A stretch of DNA of 64,000 bases from the human T2T-CHM13v2.0 reference genome, Homo sapiens: the NCBI RefSeq assembly GCF_009914755.1, contig NC_060947.1. One strand, given 5' to 3'. Of the stretch, positions 41,962 to 53,653 are shown piece after piece. Every line of letters begins with the position of its first letter. The first letter of the stretch is position 1. The notes below the pieces were generated by a model that was not told where the DNA came from, ran no database searches, and worked only from the letters and a program-made list of their open reading frames with translations. A program made the translations under genes and the position numbers.

Positions 41962-42645
41962 TGTGTCCAGAATTGGTTCTTTCTGATGGGTTCTTGGTCT
42001 CACTGACTTCAAGAATGAAGCCGCAGACCCTCACTGTGAGTGTTACAGTTCCTAAAGATGGTGTGTGTGCAGTTTGTTCCTTCAGATGTTCAGATATGTC
42101 CAGAGTTTCTTCCTTCCAGTGGGTTCATGGTCTTGCTGACTTCAGAAGTGAAGCCACAGACCTTTGTAGTGAGTGTTACAGCTCTTAAAAGTGGCTGGTC
42201 CGGAGTTGTTTGTTCCTCCTTGTGGGTTCGTGATCTTGCTGACTTTAGGAGTGAAGCCACAAGCCTTCACGGTGTTACAGCTCATAAAGGTAGTGCGGAC
42301 CCAAAGGGTGAGCAGCAGCAAGATTTGTTATGAAGAGCAAAAGAACAAAGTTTCCACAGCATGGAAGGGGACTGGAGCGGGTTGCTGCTGCTGGCTCCGG
42401 TGGCCAGTTTTTATTCCCTTATTTGGCCCCACCCACATCCTGCTGATTGTTCCATTTTACAGAGTGCTGATTGGTCCATTTTACAGAGTTCTGATTGGTG
42501 CGTTTTTACAGAGTGCTCATTGGTGTGTTTACAATCCTTTAGCTAGACACAGAGCACTGATTGGTGCATTTATAATCCTTTAGCTAGACACAAAAGTTCT
42601 CCAAGTCCCCACCCCACCCAGAAGCCCAGCTGGCTTCACCTTTCA
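41962..42645 (-). mobile_element. LTR12 (HERV9) solo LTR nested in the provirus
   Basis: Repeated gacttca..gaagccgcagacc units, ctgattgg array, TG..CA ends, TSD atag / aaag. Confidence 0.9.
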
Positions 42646-44403
42646 AAAGCATATACTCAGACATTAGAATTTTAGAAATCCCATACAATTTTGAAACATA
42701 TATTAGCATTATTCACCAAGATATAACCTAAAGAAGACTGAACATCATTTTGGCCATCTCGGGTACCTAAACATGTGAAATAATCCTGTTTACCTCTCTT
42801 TTCTGGACACTTTGGGGGCCCTTTGAAGTAGCCACAGTAGCCCTCTGAAAAGCCAGGTGCCACAGAAGACAATTGTGCAACACAAGTTTGATTTGGGGAA
42901 GGCTGTTAAATGTTCGAGGTTTAAAACACTTGATATTAAGAAATAGAATTCCAGATTACCATAAGTTATTTATTTTGATAAAATGATGACTCAAGTTTTA
43001 AAGAAGGAGAAACCTTTCATAACCTTTTATAAATTTTGCCAAAAAGCAGATTAGTACCGTAGGAAAACCTTGTTATGCTTTTATTTCAATGCTCAATTTA
43101 CAGACAAACCATATAATACCCTTTTTTTGAATTTAGTCAATATGTTCACACAGAGAACCTCTTCTGCAAGATTAATTCCCACAATTCTTCCACCACTTCT
43201 TTGAACCTTCAGCTTTTTCCTAATTTAACTCAAAACAGTCCTTTAACTCTAGGCAAAGGTTTACATTTCCATGCCTTCTTATAACCTTTTACTAAAAAAC
43301 ACATTTTACTGTTCTTATACACCTTGCATGTAAATCTATTTCTAGTAGTTTCAATTAACTCCTGGAAATTTTTAACTTTAAGGTAAAACTTGGTAAGTTG
43401 CTTTTATTGTGTGCTAACTGCAGTCAAGCTTTGCCTTCTTAGTTAAGGGCGTTGTTAGTTCCATATGTCCCCAGGCCTTACCAATTGTGAAGCCAGCAAG
43501 TCAAATAGTTCCCAAAAGCCAAAAAGCAGTTTTTAACCTCAAAACACTTGGCAAATCTTGCATCTGACGTGCATTTTGCCAATGGTCTTAAGGGCTGTTT
43601 TTGTTTCTCAAAGATTAAAATCACATGAACTGAAAGGTTCCACAGCTTTTAACTTCCCTGTAAAAAATATTAGATCCAAGCGCTTGTCTTTCTTTAGGCC
43701 AAATTAATTAGATATCTCTTTTTACAGATATCACGCACAGTACACACACAGGCAGAAGAAAACCTAGTTGCTGGGTGGGGCCCTCTAAGAGACAGGGCTA
43801 GGAAAACATGCGGGTATCAAACCAGAAACTTACTTCCTAAGGCAGGATTGCTAAACAAAGCCTTGACACTGGAGTTACAAGCCACGCCCTCAGGATGTAA
43901 AACAAGATGAAAGATTGATTTCACAACGAAAACTTTGCAGAGAATACTCACAGTGATAGTTGGTGGGGGGTGGGGGGGAGTGGGGTATGGCCTGGTAAAA
44001 TGTGTCCTAAAAGAAAAAAAAAATAAAATAAAGTTAACTGCGGACAGGATGGAGAAGAGGAAAAAAGAAAGAGTTTTAGACTGCCTGGGGAAGAATCTCT
44101 TACTCTTATGCAACTGGTTCCTCCACCAGGGAGAAAAGTTTAATTACTGTCTGATGGAGAAGGAAAACCCCTTGGCTGGGGAAGGAGAAGGCTGAGGCAG
44201 CTTGAGGCTGGGAACCAGCACAGCCAGCTGTGTGAGACCCTTGGGCCATGCGACCCAGCCCCAGCCTGGAGGGGGAAGCGGCTGGCCGACCCCCGGTTGC
44301 AACAGGGTGTGGGGGTGCAGTTCCCCGTAAGCTCAGAAGTCCAAGGATGAAAAGGCTGAGAAACCAGTGAGAGATTTTGAGTCCCCATTTTACACACCGC
44401 TTC

Positions 44404-44426
44404 TCGAGCCTCCATATTGTGCGCCA
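44404..44426 (-). promoter_or_regulatory. Primer-binding site, tRNA-Lys-like
   Basis: Reverse complement TGGCGCACAATATGGAGGCTCGA versus Lys1,2 PBS TGGCGCCCAACGTGGGGC. Confidence 0.65.
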
Positions 44427-46994
44427 AAAATATTGCAAGACTTTTCCTTAGTTCAGGTAAAGATGGGGTCCTTGTCTGTCCCATGTTTGAAGGATGAGTG
44501 AAGCAGGGTTTTGTTGGGTGAAAAGGAAGAAAAGGGGGAAATAGGGACTGTCACAAGGCCAGAGGGCCTGCTACAGTGCTTCTAGCCAGGCCATTTGAAT
44601 CTGTTTCCACACTGGAAGAGGAGGGGCCAGGCTCCTCCCTGCTGCAAATGTGGTGAAATTCGGAGACTCCACCTCAGTGGGCAGGCTGGTTGGAGTTTCT
44701 CCAGCGACCCCTTCCCACCTGTCTCAAAATCATCTTTCACCTCCTTGTTTGAGTTCATACACAAATATTTTGACACTATTAGAAATGGGATTATTTTAAT
44801 AATTTATTTTACAAATAACTTAGTGTATAAAATGCAAGTAACTCTTGTATGTAGATGTTAGGTCCTGCAACCTTATTGAATTTTTTTTGTAGCATAACAG
44901 GTTTTTAGTGGAATCTTCAGGTTTCCTACATACATATAAGATCACATCATCTGCAAATGGGAGTATTTTACTTCTTTCCTCTCAAATTGGATGGCTTTTT
45001 ATTCTATTTATTGCCTAATTGCTCTGGTTAAAACTTACAGTGCTTTGCTAAATGGAAGTGGCAAGAGTACGGATCCTTGTCATGTGTCTGATCTTAGAGG
45101 AAAAGCATTCAGTTTTTTAACATTAACTATGATGTTAGCTGAGAACCTGTCATATACGGCCTTTGCTATGTTGATATAAACTTCTTTTATATGTAGTTTG
45201 TTGAGTTTTATGACTCAAGTGTGTTGAATTTTGTCAAACACTTTTTTGCATTTATCAAGATGTACATGTGGTTTTTATCCTTCATTCTGTTAATGTGATA
45301 TATCACATTAATGTCTTTCTGTATGTTTAACCATCCTTGCACCCCAGGGATAAATTCCACTTGGTCACAGTGTACATTTTTAAATATGTTATTAAATTTG
45401 ATTTGCTTGTATTTTCTTCAGGGTTTTTGCAAATACGTTCATCAGAAATATTGGTCTGAAGTTTACTTTTCTTGTAGTGTCTTTGTCTGACTTTGATATT
45501 AGAATAATGCTGGACTCATAAAATGAGTTTGAAAGTGTTCCCTCCTTTTAAATTTTTTGGAAGAATTTGAGTGTGATTGGTTTTATGTATTCTTTAAATG
45601 TTTGATAAAATTCATCCATGAAGACATCTGGTCTTGAGGTTGTTTTGTCGTTGTTGGGAGGTGTTTGATTACTAATTAAATTTCCTTACTTGTCGTTGGT
45701 CATTTTAGGTTTTTGATTTCTTAAAAATTCAGTCTTAGTAGGTTGTATGTTTCTAGGAATTTCTCCATTTCTTCCAAGTTATCTAATTTCTTATTGTATA
45801 ATTGCTCATACCAATGTTTGTGATTCTTTTTTATTTCTGTGGAAAGAATTGTAATGTCTTCTTTTAATTTCTAATTTTATTAATTTTAGTCTTCTCTCTT
45901 TTCTTCTTAGTCTAGTTAAATGTTTGTCAATTTTGTTGATTAAAAAACTCAGTTTCATTGATTTGTTCTAATTTTTATTTTATTATTATTATTTTTTGTT
46001 TCAGATAGTACCATTTTCTTTCTTCTGCTAACTTCTGGCTTAGTTTGTTATTGTTGTTTTTGAGGTATCAAGTTAGATTGTTAATTTGTGATCTTCCTTT
46101 CTTCATTTTTTACAAGACTCCTGGATCAGAGACAATCTTCTTTATTAATGTAGGCATTTACCATAACAAACTTCCCATTTAGTACTGCTTTTGCTGTATC
46201 CCATGAGTTTTAGTATTATGTATCTTCATTTTAATTTATCTTAAGATATTTTCTGATTTCTCTTTTTATTTCTTCTTTGACCCATTGATTGTTCAGAATT
46301 GTGTTTTTAATTTCCTCATATTTTTGAGTATTCTAATTTTCCTTCTCTTATGGGTTTCTGGTTTCATTCCATTGTGGAGAAAAAGATACTTAGTATGATT
46401 TCATTCTTTTAAAATTTGTTAAGACATTTTGAGAATGTGTATTTTTCTGCTGTTGGATGGAATGTTTTGTATATGACTGGTAGGTCCATTTGGTCTTTAA
46501 TGATTTGAAGTCTGTTATTTCTTTATTTTCTATTTGGATCATGTATTTGGTATTACGAGTGGGGTATTGAAGTTTTCAGTTATTATTGTATTGCAGTTTA
46601 TCTCTTTATTCTGTCTTTTTGATATTTTTAGTTCCTCTGAATAGATGTACATACATGTTTATAATTGTTGGGCCTTCCTGAGGAATTCATCATTATATGT
46701 CCTTTTGTGTCTCTTGTTACAGTGTTTGAATTATAGTCTATTTTGTCTAATATAAGTATTGCCACCCTCGTTTCTTTTATTTACATTTGCATAGAATATC
46801 TTTTTCTATTCCTCGCCTTTCAGCCTAAGTCCCTAAATCTCAAGTATGGATTTTTTAGACAGCACATAGGTTTGTTTATTTGTTTGTTTTTTTAAATATC
46901 CATTCAACTACTTTAAGTCTTTTGATTTTGGATTTTACTTATTTTTATTTTAAATAATTTTACCTTTTTGTTGCTAAAAGAATATATTTTATAA

Positions 46995-47910
46995 TTTTAA
47001 TATTTTTGCAACTTTTGTTTTAGAATTAGGGGTATATGTGAAGTGTTGTTACAATGGCATATTGTGTGATGCTGTGGTTTGGAGTACAAATTAATCCATC
47101 ACTGAGGTAGTGAGCATGGTACCCAATAGGTAGTTTTTCTCAACATTTACCCCACTTCCTCCCTCTAACTTTTTGAAATCTCCAGCGTCTACTGTTCCCA
47201 TTTTTATGATTGTGTGTGTCCAATGTTTAGCTTCTACTTATAAGTGAGAACTTGTGGCATTTGGTTTTCTGTTTCTCCATTAGTTCACTTAAGATCGTGG
47301 TTTCCAGCTGTATCTATGTTTCTGCAAAGGACATAACTTATTTCTTCTTTATGGCTGCATAGTATTCCATGGTGCATATATACCATATTTTCCTTTTCTA
47401 ATTCACCATTTATGGACACCTAGGATGATTCCATTACTTTGTTATTGTGAATACCACTGTGATGAAAGTATGGATACATGTGTCTTTTTGGTAGGATGGT
47501 GGATTTTATTTTGGGTATACACTCAGGAGTGGGATTGCTGGGTTGAATGGTAGTTCAACTCTCAGTTTATTGAGAAATCTCCAAACTGCTTTCCAGAGTG
47601 ACTGAACTAATTTAAATTCTCACCAACAGTGTATAAGTGTTCTCTTTTCTCTGCAGCCAAGCCAACATTTTTATTTATTTACTTTTATTTTTCAGCAAAA
47701 GCTATTCTGACTGTTGTGAAATGGTATCTCACTGTGGTTTCAGCTTGCATTTTTCTGATGATTAGCAATGATGAGCATAGTTTTCTATGTTTATTGGCCA
47801 CTTGTATGTGCTCTTTTGAGAATCATTTGTTGATGTGCTCTGCCCATTTTTTAATGGGCTTATTTGGTTTCTGCTTGTTGGGTTGTTTAAGTTACTAATA
47901 GATTCTGGAT
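46995..47910 (-). mobile_element. L1PA16-type 3' end
   Basis: caacttttgttttag..atattgtgtgatgctg..gtacccaataggtagtttt. Confidence 0.85.
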
Positions 47911-48244
47911 GTAATATAGAACAAAATTATTTTTTGTAAGTGATTGTTTTATTTTATTCATTACAGTTTCTGAAAAATACAGCTATTCAGTTATACCAGT
48001 TCTCAAACTATGTATTTGAACTCCCTGCCAATCATTTATTGCAAAATTTAATGTTGACATTCATTAATCTGATGCCAAGGAGATAATTTCTTTCTGTCTG
48101 ACATAAAACAATGATAAAAGAGACAATAGTTACTTTGATTGCACAATAGTAGAGGAAACATATTTTTTCATGAACAATAAGGATGATTATTTCATTCTTA
48201 GCAATATACATGGCTATCATTTCTTTTTATGAAGTAAGTAGCCT

Positions 48245-48680
48245 GTTTATTAATTGAAGTATTCCAACATTTTTATGTTGGAGTCCCAGCTCCCAGTACC
48301 TCCAAATGTGGCCTTATTTGTAAACACAATGATTAACCATGTAATTAGTTATGATGATGTTATAATGGAGTAGGGTGATAGTCTAATCCAACATGATTGG
48401 TGTCCTTTATAAAAATATTTGGGCCTAGATAACACACAAGGAAAATTTCATGTGATGATAAAGGCAGAGATATGAGTGATGCTTCTGCAAGTGAAGAGCC
48501 ACCAAAGATCAACAGTAAACCATCATAAGTTAGGCAAGAGTCATGAAACAAATTCTTTCTCACAGTAGTCAGCAGAAAGCAGTTCTGCCAATACTTTGAT
48601 CTTGCACTTCTAACCTCTAGAACTGTGAAAGAATGCATTATAGTCTTTTAAGCTACCCAGTTTTTGGTGCTTTCTTATAG
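48245..48680 (+). mobile_element. MLT1 (B/C-like) MaLR LTR, cut at the 3' end by MER66
   Basis: cccagtacctccaaatgtggccttatttg, ctagaactgtga, ttaagctacccagttt. Confidence 0.8.
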
Positions 48681-49255
48681 TGAAGTAAGGCAGATGAGCC
48701 AAAAAATTGGGGATTAGAATGGAAACTTTCTTGGCTTCACTTTAAAGAAGAATTCAAGAGTGAGCCAGTGGTAATTAAAAGAGCTTTATTGAGGTGGCAG
48801 TGTTACAGCTCCATGACTACTCCTGCAGAGCAAATCTACCCCACAGAGCAGCTCAGGGGCAGCTCTGCAGTCATATTTATAACCAACTTTTAATTACATG
48901 CAAATGAAGGGGTGGGTTATTCAGAATTTTCTATAAAAAGGTTGGTAATTTCAAGGTCATTCCCATGGAATGGAGATGTAACTTCCGGGTGTTGCCATGG
49001 CAATGGCAAATTGACATGGCACTGGTGGGCAAGTCTTATGAAGACGTGCTTTGGGTGCCTCTTCCCTGTTTCAGCCAGTCTTCAGTCTGATCCAGAGTAA
49101 AATCCTGCCTCCTACCTCATTCCTCACTCAGAGATTAGATACTTATTTTTAAACTCAAGGGGTTCACAAAAGGATGGAGATCTGTATTCTATAACTGCTT
49201 CCTGCTGAGTTCGTGGGTGTAGGCTCTGCCTGGCACTGAAGGAGTAAAAATTTTT
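48681..49255 (-). mobile_element. MER66-type LTR (48681-49119) with adjacent 3' internal sequence
   Basis: Reverse complement of the 8008-8372 LTR family; purine-tract-like gagtgaggaa before TGAGG. Confidence 0.8.
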
Positions 49256-49259
49256 GAAT

Positions 49260-49450
49260 AAGAAAAATCCAGATCCAGAGATAAGAACTACGTCACATAC
49301 AAGGGAGTCCTGACATACTATCAATGGATTTCTTAACAGAAACCCTGAAGGAAAGAATGGTATGAAATATTCAAAGTTTTGAAAGAAATAATATAAAAAC
49401 TGGCAATAAAGAATACTTTAGTTACTTTAATTGGAAAAACTGTTCTTCTA
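49260..49450 (+). mobile_element. Old L1 ORF1 fragment
   Basis: gatttcttaacagaaacc..aatattcaaagttttgaaagaaa. Confidence 0.55.
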
Positions 49451-52400
49451 ACATGCAGCAGGTTTGTTTTTGTTTGTTTGTTTGTTTTTAAGACGGCTGA
49501 TTAGGGATGTCAGATTCCAGGTCTCCTCAGAAAGATCAAAGTTACAAATGAGTGGCCGTGATTTGAATGGAAAGCTGAAGAAAGAAGGCCTGGATCTCTT
49601 TGAGAGCCCAGGGGAAACAGCTGGTGTGCCTAAAAGGCAAACAGCAAATATATTAAGTATATTGCAAAAATTAATCCCCCAAAGAACTCGGAGCTCCATG
49701 AAAAGGACAGGTTCGAGTGCTTCTGTACTTTCCTCATGCCTGCAACAATCTGCTGACCACTAAATGGTTGGGGAGGCCTTCTGTCTTAGTTACCCTGGGC
49801 AATGCTTTTGGTGGCTGTTTGGGAAATTGCCAGGGACAGAGCACTGTGCGGTCAGTTCACACAGATGCACCCACATTCTTCTCAGGGCTGAACCGAGATG
49901 GTCGGAGACATACTGTTTGTGTACCCAATGTGAGCCACTGCTTTGTCTAGGGAAACTCAGCTCTTATATCATTGCATCACCAGATATCCTGCAAACATAC
50001 CCCAAAACTTGCTCCGACTTTGGCAATGAGAGGAGACTGCCGAGTTTCTGCGAAGCTGCATAATCCCTGAAGATCTAGCCTTCAGCAGGGGCCACCCCTA
50101 TGGAGCAGGGAGAACATAGACCATCAAAGCCACCTTGGGACAAAGGAAATGTAAACAAAACACCAATCACTGAGGGTGGTAGCACCAGTGACTGGGAACA
50201 GACGTGGAGAAGGGGTAATCTTGTGCTGCCCCATCGACTGTCACAGACACAGTAGAGGCTCTCACACTGGGGTTTGGTGTGAGTCTACTTGGAGACAACC
50301 TTCCCATTGCTTTATACAGTGGTTTCACTCCCATTGCAAGTAAGACCATACTGAATGGGCATGCACAAAATATGAGGCCCATCTTCCCCTTTTACACAGA
50401 GCAATAAAATCCTGGCAACAGCAGGCAGACAAGTCACAGAACTTTCTGTGCTGGACTGAGGGATGTATCTCTGCCTCGAGCTTGTTTTGATGGTAGCTGC
50501 CAGAGGGGAAATAATACAGACTCTAGTCACACTTCAGTTAGGAGCCAAAGAACAGTATCCATATGAATTGAAGGTCAAGAGCCCTGTTATGGGGCATCAT
50601 AAGGAAGAAGATTGTATTTCTGCCTGCCCAGGATGAGAAGCTGGTGCAGCCTTTACCCCCTTATTCCTATCCTGGACACTTCAGTGCATTCCAACATGAT
50701 CTCCCCCTCAGTGCTCCCCAAGAAAGTAGATGCCTATATTTATTATCAAGCTACCAGAGAGTGAGCTGGCTCTTACTCTAAAGCACCATTTACTCTACTG
50801 GAGAGTAAACTTCACTACCAAATACAAAACTTACTACTAAAAGGGCATAGTGCCAGTGTATGATATAAGCTTCCTGAGATTTCTGCATTCTTGGACCCAC
50901 AGGAGATAGTCAGATCATATGTTCAATACATTGGTACAACAAGATGCATTTGGGAAAATTATTGCAAAAGAGCTATCCACAACTAAGGAACCCATACAAA
51001 ACCTGTGCACCTTGAAAACATCCAGAAATAAAACCAAATGATTTTACACAAGATACACCACAGTAACAACCTCAAGGGAAAAAAAGAATAAATAATAAAG
51101 AAGTCCCATCCAAATGATAGCAAACACAAAACTGAGAAGTGACACTGCTTCAGAGGAGGAAAAAAATCATTGCAAGAACTCTGGCAGTAGAAAAAGACAG
51201 ATTGTTTCAACATCTCCAGCAGAATGTACTCGCTATCTCAGTATAGATCCTAAACAAAATGAAAATTCTGAAATGAGAAATAAGGAATTCAAAATATGGA
51301 TTATAATGAAGCTCAAAGAGATGAAATAGAACATTAAAAACAAACAAAAAAAACCAGAGAAATGATTCAGGATAGGGAAGATGAGATATCTATGTTAAAA
51401 ATATAGAACTTTTGGAATTAAAAAATAAAAGAAAATTCAAATAGAATTGAAACCTTCAAAAGTTGACTAGATCAAACAGAAGAATTCCAGAATTTGAAAA
51501 CTGGTCTTTCAAATTAATCCAATCAGAAAATATTTTTTAAATAATTTTTAAAAATCAACAAAGCCTTTGAGAAATATGAGATGAGGAAATGTGACCAAAC
51601 CTATGATTTATATGCATTCTTGAGAGAGAAGAACAAAAAGTAAGCAATTTGGAAAACATATTTGTGGCAATAATTCAGGAACATTACCCTAATATTGCTA
51701 GAGAGATAAACATCCAGATACAAAAAATTCAGAGGATAACTGCAAGATACTACACAAGATGAACATCACCAAGACATATAGCCATCCAGACTATCCCAGG
51801 TCAAACGTACTGAAAAAAATCATAAAGCAGATAGAGAAAGGGGGACAAATCCCATGCAAAGATAATCCCATCAGACTGTCAACAGACTGCTCCACAGAAA
51901 ACAGAAGAGAATGTTGCTCTATTTTGAGCCTTCTAAAAGAAACAGAAATGCCATCCAAAATTTTCATATCCTGCCAAACAAAGCTTCATAAATAAAGCAG
52001 AAAAAATGTATTTCCTATACAAGGAAACACTAAGATAATTTGTCATCATGCCACCACTAGATTGTACATACAAAGAAATGCTCAAATGAGTTCTCAGCAT
52101 GGAAATAAAAAAGATCATACTTCTATCAAAATGCACATGTAAATATAAACTTCACAGATCCTATAAAGTAATTATACAATTGAGACTACAGCAACTAGCT
52201 AACAACAGTATAACAGGAACAAAACCTCACATATCAATATTATCCTTTAATGTAAATAGCTTAAATGTTCCACTAAAAGGTATAGAATGGCAAATTGGAT
52301 TTAAAAAATAAAACACAAGACCCAACCATATGTTGCCTTTAAGAGACCTACTTAAAGTGTCATGACATCCATAGGCTCACAGTAAATGAGTGAAGAAATA

Positions 52401-52797
52401 TATTTCACATACATGGAAAACAAAACAGAGCAAGGTTGCTATTCTTGTATCACACCACATAAGCCAGACTTTAAACAAACAACAGTAAAGACAGACAAAA
52501 AAGGCACTGTGTAATGATATAGGGTTCAATTCAACAAGAAGGTTTATCTATTCTAAATATATATGCACCCAACACCAAAAAAGCCAGATTTATAAAACAA
52601 ATGCTAATATGACTAAGAAAAGAGATAGACATTCATAAAATAATAGACGGGAGTTCAATACTTCATTGACAGCAGTAGAAAAATATTTGATGCAGAAAAG
52701 TAACAAACTCTGGTCTTAAACTGTACTCTTGACCAATTGAAACTAATAGATAAATCAGAATATTTCATCCAACAATGGCACAATATACATTTTTCTA

Positions 52798-52842
52798 ATC
52801 TGTGCATGAAATATAGTCAATTTATGGATTTCATGCACAGAT
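52798..52842. repeat. Inverted repeat, 15-bp perfect arms, 15-nt spacer
   Basis: atctgtgcatgaaat (52798-52812) / atttcatgcacagat (52828-52842). Confidence 0.9.
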
Positions 52843-53538
52843 GAAAATTCACAGATTAATTCCCCAAAACTAATCATATACTTGTCCATAAAGCAAGTTT
52901 CAATATACTTTTAAAAATCTATCACTATATCGGATCAAGTATATTCTCAGACCACAGTGGAATAAATCTAGGAATCTATACCAAGAGGAGTCCTCAAAGC
53001 CATACAAGAACAAGGAAAATAAACAACTTGTTTTTGAATGACTTTGTGTAAACAATAAAATTCAGGCAAAAATTAAAATTTTTTGAAACAAATGAAAATA
53101 TAGACACTGCACACCAAAACTTCTCAGATGCAGCAAAAGTAGTATTAAAAGGAAAGTTTCTAAAACTAAATTTTTATTTCAAAAAGATAAAAGATTTCAA
53201 GTGACAACCTAATATCACACTTCAAAGCACTGGAACAACAGAAACAATTCAAAACCCAAGGACAGTCGAAGAAAAAAATAACAAAAATCATAGTAGAACT
53301 AAATGAAATTAAGGCCAAATAAATAATACAAAGGATCAACAAAATGACAAGTTTGTTTTTTTGAAAGTATAAACAAAATTGATAGACAGCTAGCTAGATT
53401 AAGAAAAGCAATTCAAATAGGCACAATTAGAAATGATAAAGGTTATATTACAACTGATACCACAGCAATACAAAAGACGATCAAAGATTACTGTGAACAT
53501 CTCTACATGCACAAACTAGAGAGCATAAAGAAAATGGA

Positions 53539-53653
53539 AAAATTCCTGGAAACATGCAAACTTCCAAGATTGAACCAGGAAGAAATAGATTAGACATAGA
53601 TTTCTATTTCTTCCTGGTTCAATCTTGGAAGTTTGCATGTTTCCAGGAATTTT
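53539..53653. repeat. Perfect palindrome, 51-bp arms, 13-nt loop
   Basis: 53539-53589 is the exact reverse complement of 53603-53653, checked base by base. Confidence 0.97.

Larger units (their letters stand above)
38996..44726 (-). mobile_element. Two-LTR non-autonomous ERV1 provirus (MER61-like, MER4 group)
   Basis: Direct-repeat LTRs 38996-39325 and 44431-44726, perfect TSD aaat (38992-38995, 44727-44730), PPT beside the left LTR and PBS beside the right LTR. Confidence 0.9.
36375..46960 (-). mobile_element. L1MA9/10-type element interrupted by MER50 and the MER61-like provirus
   Basis: Antisense 3'UTR at 36375-36800; antisense ORF2 sequence resumes at 38014 and 44727. Confidence 0.85.

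Noticed and set aside
41990-42590. Repeat-spacer pattern resembling a CRISPR array
   Set aside because: Normal internal repeats of LTR12 in a primate genome; no cas genes
43960-43992. G-rich potential quadruplex
   Set aside because: Simple G-run in ERV leader sequence with no further support
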